Assembly (NCBI GenBank): GCA_001600695.1
Contig: BCKQ01000001.1
Coordinates: 1,279,949-1,343,948, forward strand
DNA length: 64,000 nt
Direction: 5' to 3'
Source: Ascoidea asiatica JCM 7603
Lineage: Eukaryota > Fungi > Ascomycota
Each line of letters begins with the position of its first letter. Positions within the stretch are counted from its first letter, which is position 1. The notes beneath the pieces are model-generated. The model was not told where the DNA came from and did not search any database. It was given only the letters and a program-made list of their open reading frames with translations. The position numbers and the translations under genes were made by a program. Positions 22,303-33,167 of the stretch are shown here, piece after piece.

Positions 22303-24122
22303 GAGTAAGATAATCAAGAAAAAAATAAATGACTTTTAGTTCTTAGAATTTGAAGCTCGTTTATTATTTGACTTGAATACCACTTATTTATTTCTTGGTA
22401 TTCTCCATACTTTCTGATACTCTTCATATTCTTGGTATCTTTCCTTTATATCCATTCTTCTTCTTACTCAATTTCTATTTGATTCCATTTAATTTGCTTT
22501 ATCCTCTTCTTGTTTTATCATCTTTTTCTTTTTGTGTTCAGAGAAAAGGCAGAGAAAAGTCCCATGGGGAGCACGCAGCGGACCCGTGGGCAAAGAGAAA
22601 TGGCCCGCTCGGGACCAAAGCACTGGGCCCACAGCACTGGGCCGAGGGGAAGCGGTGCCAGAAGGCGTGTCTTCCGCGGCTCGTATTCTTTTGTTTGTTG
22701 TTTGTGGAGGGCTTGTGAAAATGAGATGAAATGAAAGTAAAAGTAAATTGAAATCAAAAGGAAAGTGGAATTGAATTGAAAATGAATGACTCCAGATGCA
22801 ATGAAGATGTAATCGAAAGATGTAATCAAGAATGAATCCAAACTCAATGAAAATGCAATCATAATACATTTTATCAATCCAAAATCAAAAGATACTTTGA
22901 GATACATTTATTATTGATTGTGATAGAATTCATTTCAATAAATATAAAGTAAATTTCAAAGTGGTTGAATATTATTATTAATATTAACTTGAAAATCCTA
23001 AGGGAATGAGTCCAAAATATAAAGAAGTCATTTTGATAAAAGTATAACAACATTGGTTCATGTTGTTTCTCTAGAACTGAAATGGAAACCAAAAAAGATA
23101 AGCAAATCTCCTTCCAGACTTTTAAAGGATCCAATTTCTTATCAGAGCACGTCACTTCACTCGCCCTCACAAGACCAGACATCCTCAAAGCAGTTCGAGA
23201 GCAGTTCAAAAGCACTTTCAAAGCATGTTTTAAAACAAAAATAGACAAAACCACAAACAGAACCAGAAACAAAACAAAGAACTCCAGCACAAAAAGACAA
23301 TTGCTGAGAATAAAACCACAAACACAATCACAAAAGTGAATAGCAATTGTCAATAACAAACTAAGTGGAATTGAAAAGAATTGGTGATAATTCAAATGGT
23401 AGTTCAAGTTGTAATTGAATTCAAACGATAATTCGAGTGGTTAGCATTATTCAATATTAGGAAATAAAGAATAATTGCAATTGCAATCATATCAAGAAAC
23501 AACTGAAAAACAAGTCATTGTTCTTGTTCTGTCTTTTCTCTTCTAAGTGCAGTAATTTCAACTCTATTCCAATTCAATTCAATTCATCTTCAATTCAATT
23601 TCAAATCGACATTAAAATTCATAAAATATTTCCAAAAACTTTACTTTTCTTAATTTTCTTTTAGTTTTTTAATACTCCCGAAACTGGCCAATTGAATTCG
23701 ATTTTTGTTGCCTCTGTTTCCATTTTATTTCTATTCACTACTTTCTACTTTACTTATTAACCTTATTAACTATACTTTTACTCTTACACTGTTTATTCTC
23801 TCATTTAAAACAAATATTCTTTAATATCCACTTTATCCATTATATCCATTTCAATTTAATATTCAATTTCATAATCAATTTCATTTACAATTTCATATAC
23901 AATTCAATTTCAAATTCATTTTCAAATAATATAAATATCTCTATATTTTCTATATATTTCTCAATTTTAATTCAGGTTTTTAATTATCTTTTAATTATTT
24001 TATTTATTTATTTTACTTTATTTAATTTATTTAAATAAATTTCTTTGCGTTTAGTCAATTTCAATTTCTATTTCTATTTCTATTACAATTATACTCTTCT
24101 TTATTATATTATAAATATTATT

Positions 24123-25493
24123 ATGGCTCCAGCTGCTGTTTTACCTTTACCAATTTTAAATCAATTTTCAAAATTTAATAGACAAATTAATTATGATTTA
24201 AAAGATGAAATTGAAAATGAAGATGATTATAATGATTTAATTAAAGATGTTATTTTAGCTACTTATCCAAATGATCCAAATATTAATCCAATTAAAATTA
24301 ATTGGGCTTCAAAAAATTTTGAAATTAGAAATCCAATAATAATTTCTTCAAAATTTGGTAATAATTTATCTTTTCATAATTCAATTGGTTGTTATATGGG
24401 TTGTTATAATATTTATTCAGCTTTATCAATTGCAACTGAAAGATTAGATCCATTATTTAAACCTGATTTTAAAAATGCTGAACCTGCTTTTAATTTTAAA
24501 CCACAACCTTCTTGGTTTGAAGAAAATAAAATTATTTCAATAGATCCTTTAGGTCATAATTCTCCATGGATTTTTAATAATTTAATTGAAAAAAAAAATA
24601 TTTCAATTAGACCAACAATTTCTGTAACAAAAGCAAATTTACAAATTACAGAAATTACTCAAGAAATTTTAAATAATAATTTAAAAATTGATGGTAAAAT
24701 TGTTTTAAATAAAAAAGGTGATATTGCTGTAACAAAATTAGCAATTGATCCAGTTTGGTATTTACCTGGTTTTGCAAAAAGATTTAATATTAGTGAATAT
24801 AAATTAAGAAATATTTTATTTAATCATACAAATGGTATGTATCCAGAATTAATTACAAGACCTGATATTAAAGTTTTTTTACCTCCAATTGGTGGTTCAA
24901 CTGCATATATTTTTGGTGATCCAAATTATTTATCAAATTCAGAAAAAAATTTAACTTTAAGAATTCATGATTCTTGTTCAAGTAGTGATGTATTTTGTTC
25001 AGATATTTGTACTTGTAGACCATATTTAATTTATAGTATTATTGAAAGTATTAAACAAGCTCAAAATGGTGGTGTTGGTTTAGTTGTTTATTTTCAAAAA
25101 GAAGGTAGAAGTTTAGGTGAAGTTACTAAATTTTTAGTTTATAATGCAAGAAAAAGATCTGGTGATAAAGCTTGTGATTATTTTAAAAGAACAGAATTAA
25201 TTGCAGGTGTTAAAGATATGAGATTTCAAGAATTAATGCCAGATATTTTACATTTTTTTGGTATTAAAAAAATTGATAATTTATTATCAATGTCAAATAT
25301 GAAATATAATTCTATAGTTAAAAGTGGAATTAAAGTAATTAATAGAATACCATTACCCGAAAATTTAATTCCGGCTGATGGCAATGTTGAAATTGATGCC
25401 AAAATTCAGTCGGGATATTTTACAACTGGTCATATTCCATCAAAAGATGAATTGGCTTCAGTTAAAGGAAAATCTTGGAATGATTTTAATTAA
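24123..25493 (+). CDS. URC1: Urc1/Urg1-family GTP cyclohydrolase II-like protein (uracil catabolism)
   Basis: GTP_CH_N motifs (IRPTISVTKA, DPVWYLPG, GMYPELITRPDIKVFLPPIGG) followed by SDICTCRPYL, KEGRSLGEVTKFLVYNARKR, DMRFQELMPD, SMSNMK and EIDAKI. First ATG at 24123. Confidence 0.9.
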   Translation: MAPAAVLPLPILNQFSKFNRQINYDLKDEIENEDDYNDLIKDVILATYPNDPNINPIKINWASKNFEIRNPIIISSKFGNNLSFHNSIGCYMGCYNIYSALSIATERLDPLFKPDFKNAEPAFNFKPQPSWFEENKIISIDPLGHNSPWIFNNLIEKKNISIRPTISVTKANLQITEITQEILNNNLKIDGKIVLNKKGDIAVTKLAIDPVWYLPGFAKRFNISEYKLRNILFNHTNGMYPELITRPDIKVFLPPIGGSTAYIFGDPNYLSNSEKNLTLRIHDSCSSSDVFCSDICTCRPYLIYSIIESIKQAQNGGVGLVVYFQKEGRSLGEVTKFLVYNARKRSGDKACDYFKRTELIAGVKDMRFQELMPDILHFFGIKKIDNLLSMSNMKYNSIVKSGIKVINRIPLPENLIPADGNVEIDAKIQSGYFTTGHIPSKDELASVKGKSWNDFN

Positions 25494-25969
25494 AAAAAAA
25501 AGTAAAATTTTTTTTTTTTTTTTTTGACTAAAATTTATTTCGTTTTTTTTCGTAAAAATTGATTATTTTGTTTTCAATTTCATTTTATTTTATTTTATTT
25601 TTCCTTAGTTATTTATTCTTTTATTTACTTTTTTCATTTTGATTTTTGATTTTGTTTGAAATTTTGATTTTGATTTTCAATTCTTTTTTTCAATTCATTT
25701 TATGATTTTATATTTTCTTTTCCAATTCATTTTTTTTGTCTTTTCTTTCCTTTTTTCTATCTTTTTCCTATCTTTTTTTTATCTTTTTTTTCTTTTTAAC
25801 AAAATTAGTTAGTTTTTCTATAGTAATATATATATATTTATAAATAAATTATTTCAATTTTTTAAAAATCTTTTCCATAAAACTATTTCAAGTGATTCCA
25901 TAAATTGATAAATTATTTTATCAATCAGGTAGAATTATATTAATAATAACCAAGAAAAAAAAAAAAAAG

Positions 25970-25978
25970 AAAAAAAAA
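25970..25978 (-). terminator. RNA polymerase III oligo-T terminator of the tRNA gene
   Basis: T9 run (followed by T14) starting 7 nt after the tRNA 3' end on the minus strand. Confidence 0.85.
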
Positions 25979-25984
25979 CCCAGA

Positions 25985-26087
25985 CGTTACAGACAGGATT
26001 CGAACCTGCGAAGGATAAACCCAATGCCTAAACTGCTTTTACTAGAAAGTTAGCAGGGCATCGCCTTAACCTCTCGGCCACAGTAAC
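25985..26087 (-). tRNA. tRNA-Ser(GCT) with 21-nt intron (26050-26030)
   Basis: GTTACTG-TGGCCGAGAGGTTAAGGCG-ATGCC CT GCT A[intron]A GGCAT, long variable arm, GGTTCGAATCC B box, CTGTAAC-G. Close to yeast tS(GCU); intron contains AGCAG complementary to the anticodon loop. Confidence 0.97.
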
Positions 26088-26236
26088 GTTTGCTTGAAAG
26101 TTTTCGAAATATTCAACACATGAGTTTCTCTTCTTACTCTGGTCACATGTCATAATTCTTTAGACCATTTTTGACCCGTGTCTTTGGATGCTTTTCTTTT
26201 TTTTGTTTCTGTTTCTATAAATAGATTCTTCGATAC

Positions 26237-26308
26237 GCTGACGTTAGCAGGGGTCCCACACTGACGCGTCAGCCTTATTTATTTCTCACAAATAACCTTT
26301 TCACGCGT
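26237..26308. promoter_or_regulatory. CRE/MCB-like sites upstream of the syntaxin gene
   Basis: GCTGACGTTAGC (26237), perfect palindrome CTGACGCGTCAG (26261-26272) and second ACGCGT (26303-26308). Confidence 0.5.
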
Positions 26309-26793
26309 TTATTTTTTTTGTTTCAGAACTGGAAAACCAACACACTCATTTTTGTGTTCTTCGTTCCTGAAGATTTTATTTCGCATTATCGCTAAGGAAT
26401 TATTATGAGTTTGAATATGAAAGAAAGAAAGAAAGAAAGAAAGAATTATTGCAATTGAATTTACTTCCTGAGTGGTTTTAATATTAGTATTAGTTTTAGA
26501 GTGACAAGTTATCTATTTTGCAATCTAGTTCTTTTAATCTCATTGTAACTCATCTCATTCATTGACTTAAATAATATTTGTGTTTTAGATCCTTATTTAT
26601 CAAATACATTTACTTAAATTAATCAACTCAATTAATCAACTCAATTATTCAACTATTCAATTATTCTTCTGGTCAATTATTCAATATTCTAGTCTAAATC
26701 AACTTATCAATCTTTCAGCCTTACAATTCTTTAAACTATCAATCTTTTAATATTTCAACTTATTGAACTTAATAAAATTATAAAATTAAAAAA

Positions 26794-27666
26794 ATGAGTT
26801 ACTCTTATGGTAATCAAAAACCAGGTGGTTCAAATCCATTTGATGAACATTCAAATTATGAGTTAAATAATGTTGATGATTCTGCAAATTTTTTTAATGA
26901 AATTAATAAAATTAAATTAAATTTAAAATCTTATTCAGATTTAATAAATCAAATTGAATCAACTCAAAAACGTTTATTAAATGAATTTGATGATGAACAA
27001 GAATCAATAACAAGAAAAGAATTAGATTCTTTATTAGCTCAAATTCAATCAAAACAAAATGATTTAAAATTTAAAATTTCTAAAATTGTTAAAAAATCTG
27101 GTTCAAATTCAGAAAAAAATGATCAAGCTGAAAATGTTAAAGAAGATTTTTTATCTTTAATTAATCATTTTAGATTAATTCAATCTAATTTTAAAGATTC
27201 AAATAAACAACAAGCTGCAAGACAATATAAAATTATTAAACCAAATGCTTCTGATAATGAAATTTCTCAAGTTCTTGAAGAATTTGAATCTGGTAATTCT
27301 CAACAAATGTTTTCTCAAGCTTTATTAAATTCAAATAGAAGAGGTGAAGCAAAATCTGCTTTAGCTGAAGTTCAACAAAGACATCAAGAATTAATTAAAA
27401 TTGAAAAATCAATGCAAGAATTAACTCAATTATTTACTGAAATGGAAGATTTAATAGCTGAACAAGATGAAGTTATTCAACAAATTGATCAAAATTTTGA
27501 AAAAGCTCAAACTGATGTTGAACAAGGTTTAGCTGAAACTGATAAAGCTGTAACAAGTGCTCAAAAAGCAAGAAAAAAGAAAAGATGGTGTATATTTATT
27601 GTTGTACTTATAGTTTTAATTCTTGTTGCAATTATTGTTGGTGCTGTTGCTGGTAGTTTAAAATGA
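26794..27666 (+). CDS. SSO1: Plasma-membrane Qa-SNARE syntaxin Sso1/Sso2
   Basis: Habc helices, RQYKIIKP, FSQALLNSNRRGEAKSALAEVQQRHQEL, zero-layer Q (EQDE), ARKKK and C-terminal transmembrane helix. Confidence 0.95.
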   Translation: MSYSYGNQKPGGSNPFDEHSNYELNNVDDSANFFNEINKIKLNLKSYSDLINQIESTQKRLLNEFDDEQESITRKELDSLLAQIQSKQNDLKFKISKIVKKSGSNSEKNDQAENVKEDFLSLINHFRLIQSNFKDSNKQQAARQYKIIKPNASDNEISQVLEEFESGNSQQMFSQALLNSNRRGEAKSALAEVQQRHQELIKIEKSMQELTQLFTEMEDLIAEQDEVIQQIDQNFEKAQTDVEQGLAETDKAVTSAQKARKKKRWCIFIVVLIVLILVAIIVGAVAGSLK

Positions 27667-30123
27667 AAATAAAATTTTTTTTTTTCTTTTTTGTAAATGA
27701 CATATTTGTCTTAATAGACTCTCCTTTTGCCTTTCCCTTTAATCATCAATCAATTTATTCTTTTTTGTCTATCTGTCTTTTTACCTCTATTTATTTATCT
27801 ATTTATTTATTTATTTGTTGTTTACTTGATATTTTTTCACATGTATGGTTCAATTTATTACTATACTTATTCATTGTTTTTTAATAGTTCTTTATTTAAT
27901 TTTGATTATTTTTTTTTTGCTCAATTTCAGTTCTTCAATATAAGTTACTTATCCATTTAAATTCTATTAACAATTTCTTTCAAAAAAAAACAAAAAAAAC
28001 AGAAAAGAAGATCATATCAAGTTTTTTTTTTAGAAATACAAACCCAATTACTCTTAAATATGAAGAAACTAGAATAGTTACGAATATGCCCCTCTTTTCT
28101 GCTTCTAAATTTTTTTATATTCAATTATCCGGAAAAATGATTTTTAGAAGAAAAAAAAAAAAAAAAAAATTAGAAATAAACTAAATAAAATGAATACAAA
28201 TAAAAATAATGTAAATCTATAAGAATCCGGATTAACTTTTAAATTAATTTACCCATTTTTTGATTTATTAACCAAATTTATTTGAACTGACATTTAATTA
28301 TTAGAAACCATATTGAATTTAATCATGATTATTTTATTTTACTCATTCAAATCATAATTATTACAATAAATATCATAAATTATTCCGATTTTTACCAGTT
28401 TTATTATTAAACTGTATGTAATACGGCACAATTTACGTTTCGGAAAAATTATGCTCCGGTTTATAGGAGTGACAGAAATCCACGCCGCTGATCTCTCAAA
28501 CTAATTTACTCTTTACCGGAACAATTATTCTTTTATAGTTACTTTATCTAAAAAACAGAGAAAATGATAAAACAATTATTATTATTATTATTCTTGATAA
28601 AAAGACGTTTGAAGAAGAAAATTCGTTTTCTTCTTAAGTATGGAAATAAATACTGATAACAAGAATACTAGATTAATCTCTTTTTTGTTGCAATTAATCT
28701 ATGAATATAGCTAGTCTCGTTAGTCCAATAAATTCATCCATATTTTATAATATATGAGAAGTAAATCGTTTTCTCTATTGGAACAATCTTTGTGGATAAA
28801 CACCGGCCCGTGTGCTACTCGTACTTTTGGTCTGCTTTAAACAACGCACCACCCCTTCTATCAGGCAGACTCTGCGTCCGGAGGAAACGAGATACCTTAA
28901 ATGGATTCAAAACCTCTCTGTTCTGTCCACACACAAAATTATCCGAGTACAATGTATCCCAAAAGTATCGGGGAATCTAGGTTAATATATTATTTCAAGT
29001 GAACTTGGTATAGAGTAAAACCTAAATAACTCAATTCTTTATTTTTTTTTAAAAAAGAAGGTTGAACTTTTCATTTAGCAAACTATCAAATATGAATAAT
29101 ATAATTTTGATACTTTTGAATTATATTGCTTTCAAACTTTTTCACTTACTAATATCTGTCTCAATTGAAGATATGCGATTTATGTTTTTTTTTGTGAATG
29201 GAGATATTCTTTTAAGCAATAAAATATGAAATATTTGAAATCTTATTTCCACTCAATTTTAATGATTTCAATACAGTAAGTACCTTGCGTAACTTTTAAC
29301 TTGTTTATAATTCTTTCTGTTGCTCATTTGCTAAATTAAAGCAAGTTGTTAAATAAGATAAGGTCATTTTATACCTTTTTCTCAAATGATTGAATAATCA
29401 AATGAGTTGCTTTCAAAAGAATAAAAGCAATTGAATTTCAAAAGGATCATAAATGAATTTAAGTGTGATTGATTGAATTCATAAGAATAAATTGGAAAAA
29501 AAAAAAATGTACTTGTAATGCAAAGTGGGATTCCGAATTTCAACAACCAGACCATCCGATTCCCGATAGCAAAGGGATCTGCCTCAAAATTTCTAGTTAC
29601 TTAGCTTTAGCCAGTAATTTTTCTTTATAATAAACATGAAGGTGAATTTATATGTTTCTTTGTATTAATTTAAATTTTATTTGAATATAAATATGGAATT
29701 TCCATGAATTAATTAATATCTGTTATTACAAATAATATAATAAATGTATAAATATTCCATAAAAGTATAACTATTTCAAAATTATATTTAATGATTCAAG
29801 TTTTTTATATTAAATTCAAAAGTCACTTTCTTAACTAATACTCATTTATTTTACTCGTTAGTACATTACTCATCACCTCACTTTCATAAATAAGTTGACA
29901 GCTGAAGTAAAAGAAAAAGTAAACAATATTATAATTTAAATTTAAATATAAATTCATATTAATATTCATAGAAAATATTTCTTTCAGTTTTTATAATTTA
30001 ATATTGCATTTTATATTAAAGAACATTTCATTACAATATTAATCAATATAAACATAAATTATAATACTTTATGATAAGTTTTTATATAAATGCAACAAAA
30101 TATAATATAATTTTTTTACAAAA

Positions 30124-30720
30124 ATGAGTTTTAAAATTAGGAATTATTTCTTAAAATCCAAAAATAGAAGAAGTAATAGTTTTATAAATAAATTAAATAA
30201 ATCAAATAATAAAAATGATAAAAAAAAACATGAAGATTATGATGAACCAATATTAGATATGAATTCAATAATAACATTTACAAGTTCAATGATTTCAATA
30301 AAAATTAAATATTTACCAAATTATTCAAGAACAGTAACATTAATAGAATCTTTAGAACAAGAAATTATGGAAAATAAGAATAATTTAAATAATGAAGAAG
30401 AATTGAAATTAAAAAATGATTTATTTTTATTATTAAAACAAATTACTTCATTACAATTAACAAATTGTAATGCAATTAAAGAATTATATACAATGAAAAC
30501 AATGAAATATATTGAAGAAATTGATTCAATTAAAGAAGAATTTTTTAAATCTTCAAATAATTTTAAAAATACTCAAAATATTTATCAATCATTTTTAAAA
30601 AATAAAATTATTAATAATCAAAATTCAAATGATGAAATTAGAGAATTTACTCAAATTGAAGAAATTTTAAAAGATTTAAATATATTTCATGAAGAAATTA
30701 TAGAAGAATCAAAAAAATAA
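30124..30720 (+). CDS. Truncated divergent syntaxin paralogue (Habc plus half SNARE helix, no TM anchor), 198 aa
   Basis: Aligns by eye to the neighbouring Sso: IKIKYLPNYS/IKLNLKSYS, IESLEQ/IESTQK, LLKQITSLQ/LLAQIQSKQ, IKEEF/VKEDF, NNFKNTQ/NHFRLIQ. Confidence 0.72.
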   Translation: MSFKIRNYFLKSKNRRSNSFINKLNKSNNKNDKKKHEDYDEPILDMNSIITFTSSMISIKIKYLPNYSRTVTLIESLEQEIMENKNNLNNEEELKLKNDLFLLLKQITSLQLTNCNAIKELYTMKTMKYIEEIDSIKEEFFKSSNNFKNTQNIYQSFLKNKIINNQNSNDEIREFTQIEEILKDLNIFHEEIIEESKK

Positions 30721-31666
30721 TCAAATTAAATGATTTTTTTGAATAATTTTGATATAATTTTCTAAAATTATGAGTTTTTAGAAAAAATTAATAGGGTTAA
30801 TGATTTCTTTATCATATACAGTAACTTATTATTAATCTACAATATTGATCATACTTCAATCATATTTTACAATTACTATTTTCTTATCAAACTAAGATTA
30901 TTATCCTAAATTCATTTGGATAATCAATGGCTTAATTCCGAATAGCAACCTAATAATGAATATTTATAAATTTATGAATTTATGAATTTCAGAATTTCAG
31001 AATTTTTTCTAAAAAAGATTCCCTCCAGTTCCAATCAAAATCCAGAACTCATCCCTTTTTACAATAATTGGCGAACTACTACTATTACTACTACTACTAT
31101 GATATTGCTTTCAAGTTTCAACGTACAGTTTTTTTTATTATAGTTTATTTAAAGACATTTTTTTTCTTAATATATTTTACATTATTATAAAAACCAGATA
31201 AATTTTTGTCAAAAATCATTATTATTACTTTTTTTTTTTTTTTTTGATTCATTGCTGCTACTATTCTATTAATGTCATGTTTTACGATTTCTAGAATTTT
31301 TCTGTTTATGCTTATTAATACCGTATTTATATTTATATTTTTTATATATTTATTTGAATTTATATTTTTATTTCAAATTACATTACATATTCTATTTTGA
31401 ATATAATTTTTTAGTCATTATTTGAAAAATATTAAACCTATCAATCAATTGGATTTTGGATTAACTTATTCATTAATTGATTTGCTAAATCTGATTGATT
31501 TGTTTTTGTTTGCTGAGGCCTTCTCAAGTTCTTCTTTGTAAATATTCTCCGGGAAAAACGGAGCCAATTCAAAACGAAATCCAGATTGGAGACGCCGGAA
31601 CCGGAGAAAAAAAAAAACAGCAGCTGAAATCAACGGAAAAATTGACTTCAAAAAAAATCCGAAGAA

Positions 31667-32049
31667 GTCACGTGTCATGCAAGAATGTGCACACTTCGGA
31701 AGAGAAAAGTTTGGGTTGCTTTCGGTATTTGAAAACCCCCAATTCCGAAGAACAAAGGAACATTGCAGAGGAGTACAGTAAGAAAAACCTTAATTATATC
31801 ACATTGATCATGCGACCTTACATAATATAAACATATCAAATGATTTTTTGAATTTCCTCTAGTGAAACCAGTTTTATGGTTTATTTGAGGTTGATACATG
31901 TGACTGCACTTCAATTTGACGACAAATAACAATGTACTGGAGAGATTTAGGAGAGAGAGCGTGTTACGAGCACCAATTCTAGTGAATATTTGAAAGTCAC
32001 ATATATCCTTATAGGGCTTTTACTGAAATAATTTAGGGACTAAAACCCT
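31667..32049 (+). promoter_or_regulatory. Ribosomal-protein promoter module: Cbf1, Homol-D and Tbf1-like sites
   Basis: GTCACGTG 31667-31674, TGTGACTG 31899-31906 and TTAGGG-N7-CCCT 32033-32049, all upstream of RPP2. Confidence 0.65.
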
Positions 32050-32308
32050 TTTGATTTTGGTGGTGAATAATTTTACCGTTTGGTAGACACAATCTGGAAG
32101 ATGGAATTTCTAATATGCCATTTTTCGTTTGTCTGAAATTGTAAGTATATAATATTTTCAATTTTAAATTACCTAAAAAATCAATATTATTAAAATCAAA
32201 TCCATAAATAATTACAAAGGATAGTCTGCGTTAAAGCTTAAAAGTGATTATTCTAATAAAAAATAATAATATAAAATATAAAATATTAAATATTAAACAA
32301 TTTAAAAA

Positions 32309-32781
32309 AGTATGTTTATTTGTAAAAGTCAAATGACTTTGAAAAACGTTGTCATATTTCAATTAAAATGAATTCAGTGGAATAAATATATAAATTTCAT
32401 GATTATTTTTGAATTATAATATTAACATTTTTATTTTCAATAGTGAAATATTTAGCTGCATATCTCTTACTTACCGAAGGTGGTAGTTCTCATGTTTCCG
32501 TCAAAGATATTGAACATGTTTTAGAATCTGTTGGAATTGAAGTTGATACAAAACAAGCTAAATTATTATTAGATGCTGTTCATGACAAATCACTTGAAGA
32601 ATTAATTGCTGAAGGTTCAACTAAATTAGCTTCTTTATCTGGTGGTGTTTCTGCTGGTTCCGGTTCAGGTTCAGGTTCTGCTGCTGCTTCTGGTGAAGCT
32701 GCAACTGAAGAAGCTGAAGAAGAGGCCGAAGAAGAAGCTGAAGAATCAGATGATGATATGGGTTTCGGTTTATTTGATTAA
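32309..32781 (+). CDS. RPP2B: 60S acidic ribosomal stalk protein P2, 112 aa; intron 32310-32443 splits the start codon (A|TG)
   Basis: [10 protein letters not shown]...[19 protein letters not shown] donor at 32310, TATTAAC branch, AATAG acceptor at 32443. A versus B paralogue is inferred from adjacency to COI1. Confidence 0.93.
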
Positions 32782-33167
32782 ACAAGTTAATTCTTTGTAT
32801 AATAGAAATATTTAAATCTAATCAAACAAACTTTTAATAATTCATCTATTATATTCTCTGTAATCATTTAGAAGTAAAATTCCTAAAAATTTGACCTATT
32901 TTTTTCTATCTTTTGTTTAGAAATCACGAGCTTCATTCTAAAAATTTATCATATCCGTTATTTTAAAGTTAAAATCTCACCCAGTTTTACGTAATCAATT
33001 TATCCAATTAAATTGAATTAAAACATACTGTAACGTTATGTTTATCGAAATTATTCTAATATTTATTTAGTTTTCAAATAGAAACAATAAGAAATTCTTA
33101 ATATTATTAATCTAAGTGATTAAATATAAATAATTAATAAAGTTAAATTAAATTACATTAAATCAAA

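Noticed and set aside
25985-26087. Ser tRNA as the CUG-decoding tRNA; U-U mismatch in the acceptor stem
   Set aside because: The anticodon is GCT, not CAG; a single acceptor mismatch also occurs in the S. cerevisiae isoacceptor, so it does not indicate a pseudogene.
28628-28650. 13-bp match (TTCTTAAGTATGG) to the retrotransposon LTR, a possible solo-LTR relic
   Set aside because: Too short and AT-rich; similarity does not extend on either side.
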